A DNA stretch of 64,000 nucleotides from Theionarchaea archaeon (GTDB taxonomy: Archaea; Methanobacteriota_B; Thermococci; Methanofastidiosales; SZ-28-30). The DNA is taken from the NCBI GenBank assembly GCA_018992685.1, contig JACVGT010000009.1, positions 1 through 64,000 of the forward strand, in the 5' to 3' direction. The notes below the pieces were generated by a model. The model was not told the origin of the DNA. It searched no databases and saw only the letters and a program-made list of their open reading frames with translations. Of this stretch, positions 46,884 through 59,176 are shown piece after piece (position 1 is the stretch's first letter; every line of letters begins with the position of its first letter). The translations under genes were made by a program, and so were the position numbers.

Positions 46884-47597
46884 TCATGCTTTCTTGATCT
46901 GGATAATTTCCACCTTGAACTCAAATATGGCGGGATTGAGATCCAGCACAACCTCAGTGTCGGTCACTTCCATGACTACTGCATATTGCCCCTGGTAGGC
47001 AACAACATTCCCTACGCGGGCTTCTGCACTCTCTTCGAACTCTTCGCGCAGAACTGTTACCTCGGTTGGAATGACTGAGAACCGATGATTGAAATCCAGC
47101 CAGACGAACTCTTCTGTGAGTTGATATACTGTGAATCGGCGATTTCCCCACTGATATGTCTCGTTAAGCTCAGGCTCTATTCCACTATTTGTCTCGAATT
47201 CTTCCCTGTTCATTTTGACAACGTTCTCCTCCTTCCAGTATCCATACGCTTCCAAAGGATACAACCGCAGGATTTGCTCCTCTCCCACCTTCATTCCCAG
47301 GAGGGCTCTTTCCACAGCAGGAGGAGCTACTGCAGCCTCTCCGGGATTCCCTCCAATGACAATGGTTAGAGGCTCATAGGTTCTTTCTGTGTCGTAGATG
47401 TTGGCCTTCTGGGCTATTTGATCATTGGATGTATCTATGATCGTCCCGTTGACGCTGAGGACATAATCTATAACCACCGTGTCGCCCGGACCTATTGTTG
47501 ATTCCTCACTGAGAAGTGATGCTGAAATGACCAGAGCGATACCCACGATCCATAGTGCTTTTTTCATTTTAGTATCGATAAGCCTTGTAATTTCCAT
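46884..47597 (-). CDS. Membrane-anchored FKBP/SlyD-type PPIase
   Basis: GDTVVIDY..G.IIDTS, YEPL, LGMKVGE, P.EAYG and LDFNH motifs; N-terminal TM. Confidence 0.87.
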   Translation of the reverse strand: MEITRLIDTKMKKALWIVGIALVISASLLSEESTIGPGDTVVIDYVLSVNGTIIDTSNDQIAQKANIYDTERTYEPLTIVIGGNPGEAAVAPPAVERALLGMKVGEEQILRLYPLEAYGYWKEENVVKMNREEFETNSGIEPELNETYQWGNRRFTVYQLTEEFVWLDFNHRFSVIPTEVTVLREEFEESAEARVGNVVAYQGQYAVVMEVTDTEVVLDLNPAIFEFKVEIIQIKKA

Positions 47598-47883
47598 GGT
47601 TTGTAACTGTCCTCAAATTTATAAAGGTATTGGTTAGCCGGTGAGCAGGTCGGCAGGCTAGCTGGCTATCAAGGCAATCAACCAGCAGGGTACCATGGCC
47701 CCTGAGAGAGTAATACTCTCCCTTTCAGAACATTGCAATGGAAGATTCAGAAAGAGACGTCCTCTTGACACCCCTATCCCGTGCTGCTTCTATCAAACCT
47801 TGAACCACTGCAACTATTTTCCGGATTATTTGAAAAGCGGAGAATTTATAAAGGACTATAACCTATTACACATATGACTTTGA

Positions 47884-50118
<2,235 letters not shown>

Positions 50119-50126
50119 GTGACACT

Positions 50127-50429
50127 ATGGCAAAAATTGCAGCCTCCCGAATTCGGGATCGGATGGTGGTCACCAGCCAGGGTCACGAATTGGGGCTCCT
50201 GTTTGATGTGGTGGCCGATGAGAAGACAGGTAAGCTGGTGGCTTTGGTGGTGGAGCCCACCACGGAGGAGATGAGAGAGATGCTCCTGACAGACCGTGAG
50301 GGGCTTGTATTGATACCTTTTACCGCCCTGCGGGCCATAAGAGATTTCATTGTGGTGGATGCCCGTCGGGTGCCCAGGAAGATAAAGAAGGTTGGCATGT
50401 TTGCCAGAGGGAAAGAACCCACAATCTGA
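50127..50429 (+). CDS. PRC-barrel protein (CdpB-like)
   Basis: VVTSQG.ELG.L.DV..DEKTG.L..LVV..IPF..RAIRDFIVV; GGTGA SD. Confidence 0.85.
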   Translation: MAKIAASRIRDRMVVTSQGHELGLLFDVVADEKTGKLVALVVEPTTEEMREMLLTDREGLVLIPFTALRAIRDFIVVDARRVPRKIKKVGMFARGKEPTI

Positions 50430-50639
50430 GAATCAGCATCATGCCCGGTCTTGATTTATTCCTGAGCAGAATGGGGCCAGGAACCCCCCAGAAATTATTA
50501 ACGAGAACTCTACTATTCTAAATCTGTTATATCTACGAAATGAGAGATCAATTCTTCCTGAATATGGATTTCTACTGCAATTCTGAACTTCTGGAGCTCT
50601 CCCTGATGTAGTTCTCCTCTAGACAACTGGTTCTCCCTG

Positions 50640-53126
50640 TCACAGTCTGAAGGTCAGCATAGACTTGACGTATCCATCTTCCTTCCCTGTCACTCCATCA
50701 ATGATCTCGTACCTGTTCTCATAGGAAACCAGGAAATATGGGTAATAGAGGAGCCCTGTGTCCCACACTGAAGACCTCTCCCAGACCTCTGCTGCTTTTT
50801 TTGCCTCTTTCTCAGTAATGGTGGGGAGAATCATGGATTCCTTGTCCAGGTACTCTTCATCTGTCTGGAAGTACCTTTTGATTTTCTTTCTGGGATCATC
50901 AATAATATTGTGCTGTATTCTGGACTGAAAAATCTCATAGTTCTTATTCCCCAACTTCTTGTGCTTCTTAATCTCTACCAGTCCCTTCTGGATGAGAGAA
51001 CCCATTATTCTCTTCACTTTTCTCTTATCAAAGTGCGTAGCCTTCATGAGATCAGTCTGTGCTGCTGATCCTTTTTTCATGAGGGCTATCATCACTGTTC
51101 TCTGGTCGGGAGACAAATCCATGAGGTCTCGCACTCCTCGCGTTCTCCGCCCTTTTCCAATCATCACTTCACCTGTGATACCGTCCACAAAACAAGACAG
51201 ATTCTGGTATTTTCCTTTTGGTGGATAATAATCGAAGAAAACCTGGTAAACGGGGTAGTAGATTTTGAAAATACCATGGATCGTGTCATTCTTGAACAGC
51301 ATTCTGCGGGCCCCTTTTATGGCAATATCCTCAATGCGGTCGTCTACCGCCGAGAGAACGACTTTCGCTTTCTTGAGGTTGAGGTCTCTCACAGAATCAG
51401 GAATTTCAAAGGCTCCTGGAGACGTAATAGCAGGGGACCGGGGAGCAGATTCTGATCTCACAGGCGGAGTTACCTCTAAATTTACCACATCAAAAAGGGA
51501 AGGCCGATCTCCAGACGTCCCAAGGGGACGTTCTTTGCCACTCGATGTGAGTTCTTCCTCCTCTCCTGGTGTAATCTCTCCGGGTTCTTCCAATTGTGTC
51601 TCGATCAACCCCTCTTCTGCCAGTTCGTCCAGGAGTTCTGATAATGAAAGGTGTAGCTTGTATTCCTGATTGATACTCTTAATGAGTCGTTCCAAACTGT
51701 CTGTGGTTTCTTTTCCCCATTTTTCCCGTATCAACTGTTTCACATTCATACGCATTTCATCCGGATCAATATCCAGCATGGGCTGTCTTTCCCTTCCTTC
51801 ATGCTGAGAGATACGAGGTCTAATACTGGCCAGAAAGCAGCGAGAGGTTTCTTCCTGCTTGTCTCCTACAATCGCCATTCCTATGGGCAGATTCTTGATG
51901 AAATGGTCTTCCTGGAATCTTTCTGGAACTTCCGAGGGCATCCTCCGCAGTACGGCCTTAATGTCATCTTCATACACCAGCTTATGGCAGGCCACCATGT
52001 CTACCTGCGAAAGAATTCTGGAGTCAATGGCTGAGGGTTGCTGGGTGGCCAGCACAATAGAGCATCCCGGCTGTCTCCCCTGTCTCACATATTCAATCAA
52101 TGCATCGGTAGCTGCTGTTTTCCTTCCTGACCCGGGGACCAGAATGTGGGCCTCGTCTATCATCAGCCAGGTAACAGGGATGCTCTCTAGTAGCCCTGCG
52201 AACCCTGCAGCTTCCTTCCTGCTGAGTCTCTTTCGGGTATTCAGGATATTCCTCCCAAGAATACCCACCACCAGGGCCCGGACATTATCCTGCAGGAAAC
52301 TGACATCAATAACAGAGATATGTCCTCGTCTCGACAGGTCTCGGAGCTGAGTTCCCTCTTTGTCAAAAATCCCCCATTCTACAGCCCCTTTCAGTCTCGC
52401 AATTGAGGCCCTCCGGGTGGAGTTCTTGAACCCATGGTTCCGAGATTGAATCCCTTCTTCACATTCGATGCAGGCAATCATGTCCGAAATACCGTATGAA
52501 TCCTGCAGCCCTCGTATCGCTTTCCCTTCTCCTGTCGTGTACCCGTCCCTGACCTTCTCGAGTACTCTATCAATCAGAAGCCCCATGGTGTCGAACCGGT
52601 CAAACCCGAACGTCAGACACCAGTCGTCTGCTGTCAGTTCTGCAGGTCTGATTGTAAAAATTTTGTCCCAGGTTGCTTTGGGTGCGTCCTTGGCATATCC
52701 AGCAGGGATGAAAACCTGCACACTCTTGATCCCTTTGGGGCTTAGACTCCATTCCCCAAGCAATGCCTGTTCTCTGTCCACGGTGTTGGGACTCTTCATG
52801 CTCCAGAAAATCCCCATGGGATCAATGACAATAACACCGACTGCATCATTTGTAAGGGCCAGCTCTTCTGCAATGACCCCCAGCGTGTAGGACTTCCCCG
52901 ACCCACGCATTCCACAAATGAAGATGGCATGGGGTGAAATACTGTCCAAGAGCACTCTCTTCCCATAGAATCCTGCAGAATCAGAACGTTCCTCTGCCAC
53001 TATGCCAATATCCATGGCTGCTTTTGTCTTGTATTCTTCATATACACTTTTCTTTCTGCCCACAAAAATACTGGTTGCGTCCTGCAGTGCTCTGAACTCT
53101 TCATCCACGACCATTCCATTCTGCAT
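50640..53126 (-). CDS. HerA/VirB4-like (DUF87) P-loop ATPase with C-terminal wHTH
   Basis: GMRGSGKSYT, IDPMG, MIDEAH and LATQQP motifs; C-terminal YYP..VDG.TG unit twice, flanking a wHTH. Confidence 0.87.
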   Translation of the reverse strand: MQNGMVVDEEFRALQDATSIFVGRKKSVYEEYKTKAAMDIGIVAEERSDSAGFYGKRVLLDSISPHAIFICGMRGSGKSYTLGVIAEELALTNDAVGVIVIDPMGIFWSMKSPNTVDREQALLGEWSLSPKGIKSVQVFIPAGYAKDAPKATWDKIFTIRPAELTADDWCLTFGFDRFDTMGLLIDRVLEKVRDGYTTGEGKAIRGLQDSYGISDMIACIECEEGIQSRNHGFKNSTRRASIARLKGAVEWGIFDKEGTQLRDLSRRGHISVIDVSFLQDNVRALVVGILGRNILNTRKRLSRKEAAGFAGLLESIPVTWLMIDEAHILVPGSGRKTAATDALIEYVRQGRQPGCSIVLATQQPSAIDSRILSQVDMVACHKLVYEDDIKAVLRRMPSEVPERFQEDHFIKNLPIGMAIVGDKQEETSRCFLASIRPRISQHEGRERQPMLDIDPDEMRMNVKQLIREKWGKETTDSLERLIKSINQEYKLHLSLSELLDELAEEGLIETQLEEPGEITPGEEEELTSSGKERPLGTSGDRPSLFDVVNLEVTPPVRSESAPRSPAITSPGAFEIPDSVRDLNLKKAKVVLSAVDDRIEDIAIKGARRMLFKNDTIHGIFKIYYPVYQVFFDYYPPKGKYQNLSCFVDGITGEVMIGKGRRTRGVRDLMDLSPDQRTVMIALMKKGSAAQTDLMKATHFDKRKVKRIMGSLIQKGLVEIKKHKKLGNKNYEIFQSRIQHNIIDDPRKKIKRYFQTDEEYLDKESMILPTITEKEAKKAAEVWERSSVWDTGLLYYPYFLVSYENRYEIIDGVTGKEDGYVKSMLTFRL

Positions 53127-53292
53127 ATCCTTAATGTTAATCAACAATATAAATAGTTTTCGGTAAGCAATAAGATCCAACCAAAAAAATCACGAGTAGA
53201 ACGGGCTTCCAGCATGAAACCCTAGGAATTCTCACAATCTCTCCGAAAGATTTAAATGATAGAATGTACAAAGAAAGAGAGAGGTGAAAGAT

Positions 53293-53478
53293 GTGAAATC
53301 GAGAAAGATGGCTGTGCTCTTCCTTCTGGCCGTCATCGTTGTGGCGGGAGTTTTGCCTGTATTGACTGAGACCACTGATTCTTTTGAACAGATCGTTACA
53401 TCAATACAGGACATAATCTCGCCCATCAGAGGAGATGGCGGAGGAGGAGGATGGCCCAACAGTGGCGAAGAAGGCTAG
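53293..53478 (+). CDS. Small secreted or membrane peptide with Gly-rich C-terminus
   Basis: TTTAAA box near 53250, GAGGTGA SD, GTG start, basic N-region plus hydrophobic helix, tail RGDGGGGGWPNSGEEG. Confidence 0.7.
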   Translation: MKSRKMAVLFLLAVIVVAGVLPVLTETTDSFEQIVTSIQDIISPIRGDGGGGGWPNSGEEG

Positions 53479-54410
53479 TACCTTTCCGTGTGGTACATGA
53501 CAACAATCCCTTTGTAGAAATCTGAGAGAATGGATCTTTCTTTCAGGGCATATATTGCCTTGGAGAGAGAGATTATCAATGGATCAGTGCGAATATAGAT
53601 CCATGCCACAAGATAGCTTCCCACTTTGAAAAACATTGGCGTCGTTGGAAGCAGGCTGAACAACTCTATGAGAGCCTTTTCATAGTCGGTCTTAAACAGG
53701 AATACGTATGTGGTATAATTGGCGTACCCTTCTGGATAAAACCAGGTGTGCGTGGTGGCGAATCGGTCGACAGTGTCCAGCCATTCGTAAAACTTGCGGA
53801 AGCTTACATCTTGTTCCCTTACAAGCGGTGCGATTTTGCGCCTGATGTCTCCTCCAAAGTCAAGAAAGAATTCCCATTCTTGGTGATCCCAGGGAATGTC
53901 CACAGGATTCGAGACCCATGTGGATTTTTTCCAGGAATCACTTTTTTCTATTTCTTCCAGCAATCGATCTGCACACTCGTTCCATTCCAGAGACGTGGGC
54001 TTGGGAGTAAAGAATTCCCCTCGTTCTCCCGAGATGACGATCTTCTTGAATCCGGGACAATCATCAAACTCCATTCCCGGGTCTCCTGCAGCAACTATCG
54101 GGAAGTCTCCGAAGACAACGGCCGAGTAGCTGAGTCTCCTGTTTTGTCTGAGTCGCTCGAATGCTTTGAAAGGGTCATCAAAATCCAGTACATAGTATAT
54201 CCTAGGGCTTTTCTTCACAGGTTTCAGTCTGAGACCAGGCCCCACCATGATCTGCTGATCCAGCATCTCCTGTAAGGCTTTTGACACAGACTTTCTGTAA
54301 ATACCCAGAGATTTTGAGATTTCGTATATCTGTGCCCGCGGATTGTCGTATATTTGACAAAATATCTGGTAGAACCTTTTCTTTTTTTCCACATCGGAGA
54401 GAGAGGGCAT
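53475..54410 (-). CDS. Lrp-like winged-helix regulator with duplicated HTH/effector architecture
   Basis: EISKSLGIYRKSVSKALQEM HTH; second HTH-like segment (REQDVSFRKFYEWL); two ferredoxin-like segments. Confidence 0.72.
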   Translation of the reverse strand: MPSLSDVEKKKRFYQIFCQIYDNPRAQIYEISKSLGIYRKSVSKALQEMLDQQIMVGPGLRLKPVKKSPRIYYVLDFDDPFKAFERLRQNRRLSYSAVVFGDFPIVAAGDPGMEFDDCPGFKKIVISGERGEFFTPKPTSLEWNECADRLLEEIEKSDSWKKSTWVSNPVDIPWDHQEWEFFLDFGGDIRRKIAPLVREQDVSFRKFYEWLDTVDRFATTHTWFYPEGYANYTTYVFLFKTDYEKALIELFSLLPTTPMFFKVGSYLVAWIYIRTDPLIISLSKAIYALKERSILSDFYKGIVVMYHTERY

Positions 54411-54533
54411 CTTAAAACACCCAACAGTTAAATACCATTCCAGCAAATTTGGTAATGTGCCGGAAGCTTATCTTGTAAGAATCTAAGCACAAATTTAAAA
54501 GTCTTTCGGCCGATCTTTCACCCCCCCCTAATC

Positions 54534-54560
54534 GGGATCGGTGTTTCGAGCACCGATCCC
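54534..54560. other. GC-rich inverted repeat (10-bp perfect stem)
   Basis: GGGATCGGTG-TTTCGAG-CACCGATCCC. Confidence 0.75.
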
Positions 54561-54685
54561 TCCCTGTTCTTTTGTGTTATTGAGGTTCTGTGAGAGTGTT
54601 ATAGGCAACCATGAACTAGATTATTCCAGGAGCTGCTGCTGAGCGCATTCTATGTCTCAGCTGTTTGCTGTCTCTATTTTGAGAT

Positions 54686-57211
54686 TCATTGAAATACACG
54701 CAGAGCTGAGATTCCTAGAAAAATCAACACCAGAACAAGAAATACCAGGGCAACGTATCGACCCTTCCCCACAGCCAGTCCAATAAGAGCCACAATCAAG
54801 CATCCCAATCCCAGTGCCAGACTCGTGGGTGGTTGTAGGACCTGGCGAGCACTTTCCATGAATTGATCTTCAAAAGAATAGCACTGGTCAGCTTGCCCTG
54901 AAATAGCAGATGCTCTGGACCTGTATTCCCGGGCCTTTCTGCCTACAGATTCTGCAAAATCTCCATATTCATCAATGAGGTCCGCCAATGACGACTTTTT
55001 CTTCTCCAGATCGGCAATAATATCTCCCGTGCTGATATCCTCAAAGGATTTGTAGAGTTCGCTGGTCTGAAGAGTTTTTATCTTTCCTTCGATATCCTCA
55101 ATGTCCCTCCTGAAACTGTCTGCTCTTCTTCCCAGGGCAATCTGGATGTCATCCAGTGCTGCAGCCACAGAAGTATAGGCCATCTCTGACTGTTCATACG
55201 CATTCTTAGCCTCAGAATACTGCTGATTTCGAAAATACCGCTCTCCATCACCCTGGTACTGCTCCGCCTGGCTGACCTGGGTATCTACCTCAATGAGTTG
55301 CTCACAAAGGCTGATTATCTCATCGCATTCCCGTATCCTGGCAGATATGTCAAGGCGAAGTGTCTCATACAGAGAATCCAGAGACATGGTCAGAAACAGG
55401 TTGGAAACGTCTTCAAACGTGTTGCGTGCCCAGGTGGCTTCCACACGAGCTTCACTGTATTTTTTGTCCAGCATGAGGAAATGCGCTTCTCTCAACGTGT
55501 TATGGGCTTGGGCGAGCTTCTCTGAGGTCTCTTTCAGGACCCTCATCTGTGACATTTTTACACTATCGCCCATCTTTGCATACAAATCCCCCGCTTCCCC
55601 GAACAAGTACCCTGCTTCCTCATATCCGTAGTTACGCAGCTGCTCCAAAGCTGTCGCTACGGTTCGGTCTGAATCCATGAATTTCTCACATTCTGTTATC
55701 TTCTTCTGGCACTGTACGTTCATGAAGGTGTTCCCTGCTTCTTCAAACTTGGTGCGGGCCTGTTCAAAGTAGACCACAGCCTTGATGTATTCTCCCTTCT
55801 CCAAGAGGCTCTCTCCCAGGTCGTAGAGCTGCTCTGCCTCTGAATCCGTTTGTTTCTTGAGCTCTCCAACCCCCATCACATATAGTCCCAGCCCGTATCC
55901 GCCCACAATTTCAGGATACTGATCTAGATTTATGTCACCAACCATTCCTTTGATATAGTTCCCCTGGAGGTTCTCAGAATTCCATATGAGCTCTGTTGTG
56001 GAGAATACTGCTATGTAATTGTTTGAAAACACAGTGAGTTCATTTTGTGAATCTTTATCAAAGTCAGCACATTCCAGGTTCCGAACCTCACCTGAAGTAT
56101 TAAATGTCTTCAACGTGGTACCATTATAGTCCAGGACATACACCATTGAGGCTGCTCCACACATGATATTTCGAGGCCCTATGAATTTCCCTGCGTACAC
56201 GGTATTGACATCATAGGGAGAAGTAGAATATTCCCACTTGAGATTGGGATCATCATTGGCAGGATTGGTGTCACCATATTCAATGTTATCCAGAACGTAC
56301 AGGTACCAGCTTTCCCCCACTATCAGTTCAGGTTCCAGATCAGGGTCCTGGTCAATTTCGTGGGCTGCTGTATCACTGTCCACGTCATACGCATATATTG
56401 TTTTCACAGGGCGGGCAGCATCAACTTCATATTTCCACTTTACTGTCAGGTCGTGCTCATATACTGTTACTTCATCTGCAGCCACCACAATCTCCTTGGT
56501 GGGATCTGCATCATCATCAAAATTCACGATAATAACATCATAGATCATGCCCGAAGGCCTGTCTGCCAGTGGCAAATCTCTTGCTCTGTACGTGGGGAGA
56601 ATGGGTATTGTGCAGTTGTTACAATCAGTATCATAAATGAGAATATCCAGGTTGGTCACTGCAATGATCTCCTTGCAGTTGTCTGCATCAATGTCTGAGA
56701 CCAGAATCTTTCTTACACAACCCGTGATATTGACAGGATTCCCCATTCCATCATCATCAAACAACTCCTGGAGTAATACCCCTTCACTGTTGCTCACCCT
56801 GATAATGGACGATGTGCCACAATAGCAGCAGCTGGTAAAGATAAGTTTCCGGGTGGTAGTGCAGATGCTGTCAGCTGCAATGGCTGAAATACATCCATTG
56901 GAATAACACGGTTCTGCCGCAGCATCATTCAGGCACAGCTTCTTGTTCCACACCAGGGTACTGTCTGCCTTGTACTGACTGACGCTTCCGTCGCAGACCA
57001 TGGCAGTTGCAGATCCAGAAGGAGTGCTGACCATTCTCTCAGAGGAAGAACCGGTGGCAAGCAAGATTTCACTGTATCCATCTGCATCTAAATCTGTGAC
57101 CTCAATATCAGTGACTGCACCTGGCGCCTGCCACAGCAGAGAGAATTGTATGTCTGCTCGTACTGTGCTCAGCGCCAGCAGCAATAACATGAGAGCGATC
57201 TTCATTCTCAT
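54686..57211 (-). CDS. Large exported protein: FG-GAP propeller, TPR-like/coiled-coil stalk and two C-terminal TMs
   Basis: Signal peptide; DLDADG..EI repeats; AEQLYDLG..A..YFEQA helices; C-terminal hydrophobic hairpin. Confidence 0.85.
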   Translation of the reverse strand: MRMKIALMLLLLALSTVRADIQFSLLWQAPGAVTDIEVTDLDADGYSEILLATGSSSERMVSTPSGSATAMVCDGSVSQYKADSTLVWNKKLCLNDAAAEPCYSNGCISAIAADSICTTTRKLIFTSCCYCGTSSIIRVSNSEGVLLQELFDDDGMGNPVNITGCVRKILVSDIDADNCKEIIAVTNLDILIYDTDCNNCTIPILPTYRARDLPLADRPSGMIYDVIIVNFDDDADPTKEIVVAADEVTVYEHDLTVKWKYEVDAARPVKTIYAYDVDSDTAAHEIDQDPDLEPELIVGESWYLYVLDNIEYGDTNPANDDPNLKWEYSTSPYDVNTVYAGKFIGPRNIMCGAASMVYVLDYNGTTLKTFNTSGEVRNLECADFDKDSQNELTVFSNNYIAVFSTTELIWNSENLQGNYIKGMVGDINLDQYPEIVGGYGLGLYVMGVGELKKQTDSEAEQLYDLGESLLEKGEYIKAVVYFEQARTKFEEAGNTFMNVQCQKKITECEKFMDSDRTVATALEQLRNYGYEEAGYLFGEAGDLYAKMGDSVKMSQMRVLKETSEKLAQAHNTLREAHFLMLDKKYSEARVEATWARNTFEDVSNLFLTMSLDSLYETLRLDISARIRECDEIISLCEQLIEVDTQVSQAEQYQGDGERYFRNQQYSEAKNAYEQSEMAYTSVAAALDDIQIALGRRADSFRRDIEDIEGKIKTLQTSELYKSFEDISTGDIIADLEKKKSSLADLIDEYGDFAESVGRKAREYRSRASAISGQADQCYSFEDQFMESARQVLQPPTSLALGLGCLIVALIGLAVGKGRYVALVFLVLVLIFLGISALRVFQ

Positions 57212-57325
57212 AAATCATTATTACTTATCAATACTATATAAAGATTTCGATTCAGCACGTGGATTTACAGTGAACCATTGACAGACATGGTAGAAATTGC
57301 CGGTTACCAGGCGTTCACGTACAAT

Positions 57326-58012
57326 TCATTTCTGTTTCAGCAGGTCTCTGAGCTTCCTGGATTCTTCTCTTGCCCTTTTTTCATCCATCACCCGCTCCAG
57401 AACATTCCTGCAGATTTCCGATACCAGGGCATCCAGCTCTTCTGACGTGATGTGCCTCTCTGAGATGTCGAGCTTCATGATGTGGCTTCTCATGATAGTT
57501 TCCGACATGAAATCGCCAAACAGGTTTGCCAGAAACGCTTCGATATCTTTCATGATTTCATAGGGATTCTTATGAGCTCGTTTTTCAATAGTCTTCTCTG
57601 ACGGTTTCTTGGTCATCAGGTGAGAGATGCCTTCCCGTTCCAGCATCCTGACCAGGTCATCCACATCTGGAACAGGGACATCCACGTGATGGGTGAGAAA
57701 GTCAGAAGAAACAGACGGGAATCCGTGGATATCGGTGTACCACTTGAGAGCGAATTCTGCCCGTTCTTTTTCCAGAGAGTATACAGACAGAGTCCCTTCT
57801 ACAGCGTTCCAGATTTTCTCCAGTGCCTCCTCTCCACCGCTCTTTTCGAAGGTGGCGGCCCGTACCGCTCCATCAATGATTAACAAGTTCCCTGTCTCCT
57901 GGTTTGCATACTTGACGACGCCGGTGAACCGAATCTCCTGCAGTTCTCTCAATAAGGTATCGATTTCTCTAACCTCTACCTCTCTCTGCAGTGGGCCTGT
58001 TGGAAAATCCAT
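57326..58012 (-). CDS. DUF2226/PATAN-like domain plus C-terminal helical domain
   Basis: MDFPTG..LRELQEIRFTGVV..GNLLIIDG.VRAA..GEEAL. Confidence 0.75.
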   Translation of the reverse strand: MDFPTGPLQREVEVREIDTLLRELQEIRFTGVVKYANQETGNLLIIDGAVRAATFEKSGGEEALEKIWNAVEGTLSVYSLEKERAEFALKWYTDIHGFPSVSSDFLTHHVDVPVPDVDDLVRMLEREGISHLMTKKPSEKTIEKRAHKNPYEIMKDIEAFLANLFGDFMSETIMRSHIMKLDISERHITSEELDALVSEICRNVLERVMDEKRAREESRKLRDLLKQK

Positions 58013-59173
58013 TTACTCACCCTGGTCCTTTCGTCTGGATTTCCACCTTTTCTTGAACTCTTTGGCCAACGAGACTTCCTTCATAAGATCTTGCCCCATT
58101 TCACCCAGTAACCGCCTTACAAGAACATCATCTGTTTCCTCCTCCTCAAAAGGCTGAGAAACGTGTGGAGAGGATGATAATTGATAGAAATCAACGATCC
58201 CTGACGATTCCATGTCATCATAAATCTTCCGAAGCGCCTCCCTGCCCATGAGTTCCCCTGAAGGATCCATGATCAGTGCTGCCTGAATCTTTCCCTTACC
58301 CAGGACCATGAGTCCTCTGGCATCGTCTGAGCGTACCCACAGGTACCCGTCAAAGTTCCGGGAGGCTGCACTCCGCAGGAGGGCTTCAAACGAGAATGTA
58401 CCGTTACAGGGGGCGTTGAGGACCAAGGTTCCTCGCTCCAGCCCCATCATCTTCAATGCCATAAACCGTTTCAGATCTTCAGACGCCTTTTCTGAGGATA
58501 TGGTCTCCTCAACAGGCGATTTCAACCGTGACGCATTGTTGAAAAAAAGATAGTCGTCTACGAACTTTCGTCCCTGTTTATAGGCCTTCCCTTCAGTAAA
58601 AAACAGAGCAATCTCCCTCAAAGCCTCATCTCCCAGTCGTACAGAATCTGCTGATTCGAGTACAGCAGCCACAGGAGTTTCCTTAAACAGAATTGCACCT
58701 TCCTGGACGAAATCTTCGACTTCTCTGGTGACCCGCAGGCACCCCACCAGGGATTGACGTTCCAGCTGAAGAAGGACATCCAGAAGGTCTCCACTCTTCA
58801 CACCGGATAGGACTCCCGTGAACAGAGAGGTTCCAATCTTGAACTTTTCTGTCGTTCCAGGAGCAAGGAACGTCTCAGGATGGTCTTTCCTTATGCGTTC
58901 GAGTGTTTCCTCCCGATATGTAGCTATTTCAGCCAGGGCCTCCTGATTCAGGGATAAAATATGGTCGAGTGCCTGTCTGCTGTACAGTTTTCTACCATCA
59001 GCGAATTCTGAGAACGCACCAATGATCTCCCGATTCTCAAAGAAAACAAAATGATCGTGAAGTCCATTATCCTCTACCGTGAGCCGAACATATCCAGTGT
59101 CAACGGCATCCAGCACTTCCTGAGGGTATACCCCTCTACGAAGATCAACCTCTTTTGCTGCAGGCAATCGCAT
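58013..59173 (-). CDS. Protein with three tandem DUF2226/PATAN-like domains
   Basis: Three units: TGYVRL..FFEN.EIIGA, VGCLRV..GAILF..PVAA..GDEAL and FDGYLWV..GLMVL..GKIQAA..GREAL. Confidence 0.75.
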   Translation of the reverse strand: MRLPAAKEVDLRRGVYPQEVLDAVDTGYVRLTVEDNGLHDHFVFFENREIIGAFSEFADGRKLYSRQALDHILSLNQEALAEIATYREETLERIRKDHPETFLAPGTTEKFKIGTSLFTGVLSGVKSGDLLDVLLQLERQSLVGCLRVTREVEDFVQEGAILFKETPVAAVLESADSVRLGDEALREIALFFTEGKAYKQGRKFVDDYLFFNNASRLKSPVEETISSEKASEDLKRFMALKMMGLERGTLVLNAPCNGTFSFEALLRSAASRNFDGYLWVRSDDARGLMVLGKGKIQAALIMDPSGELMGREALRKIYDDMESSGIVDFYQLSSSPHVSQPFEEEETDDVLVRRLLGEMGQDLMKEVSLAKEFKKRWKSRRKDQGE

Positions 59174-59176
59174 GAG

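Noticed and set aside
47630-47780. Small hairpins upstream of cdc48 (e.g. GAGAGT-AAT-ACTCTC) as an ncRNA such as SRP or RNase P
   Set aside because: No SRP or RNase P consensus motifs are present, and the stems are short.
50640-53126. Canonical DNA-repair HerA
   Set aside because: No recognisable N-terminal HAS barrel, a long extra C-terminal region, and no nurA/mre11/rad50 neighbours.
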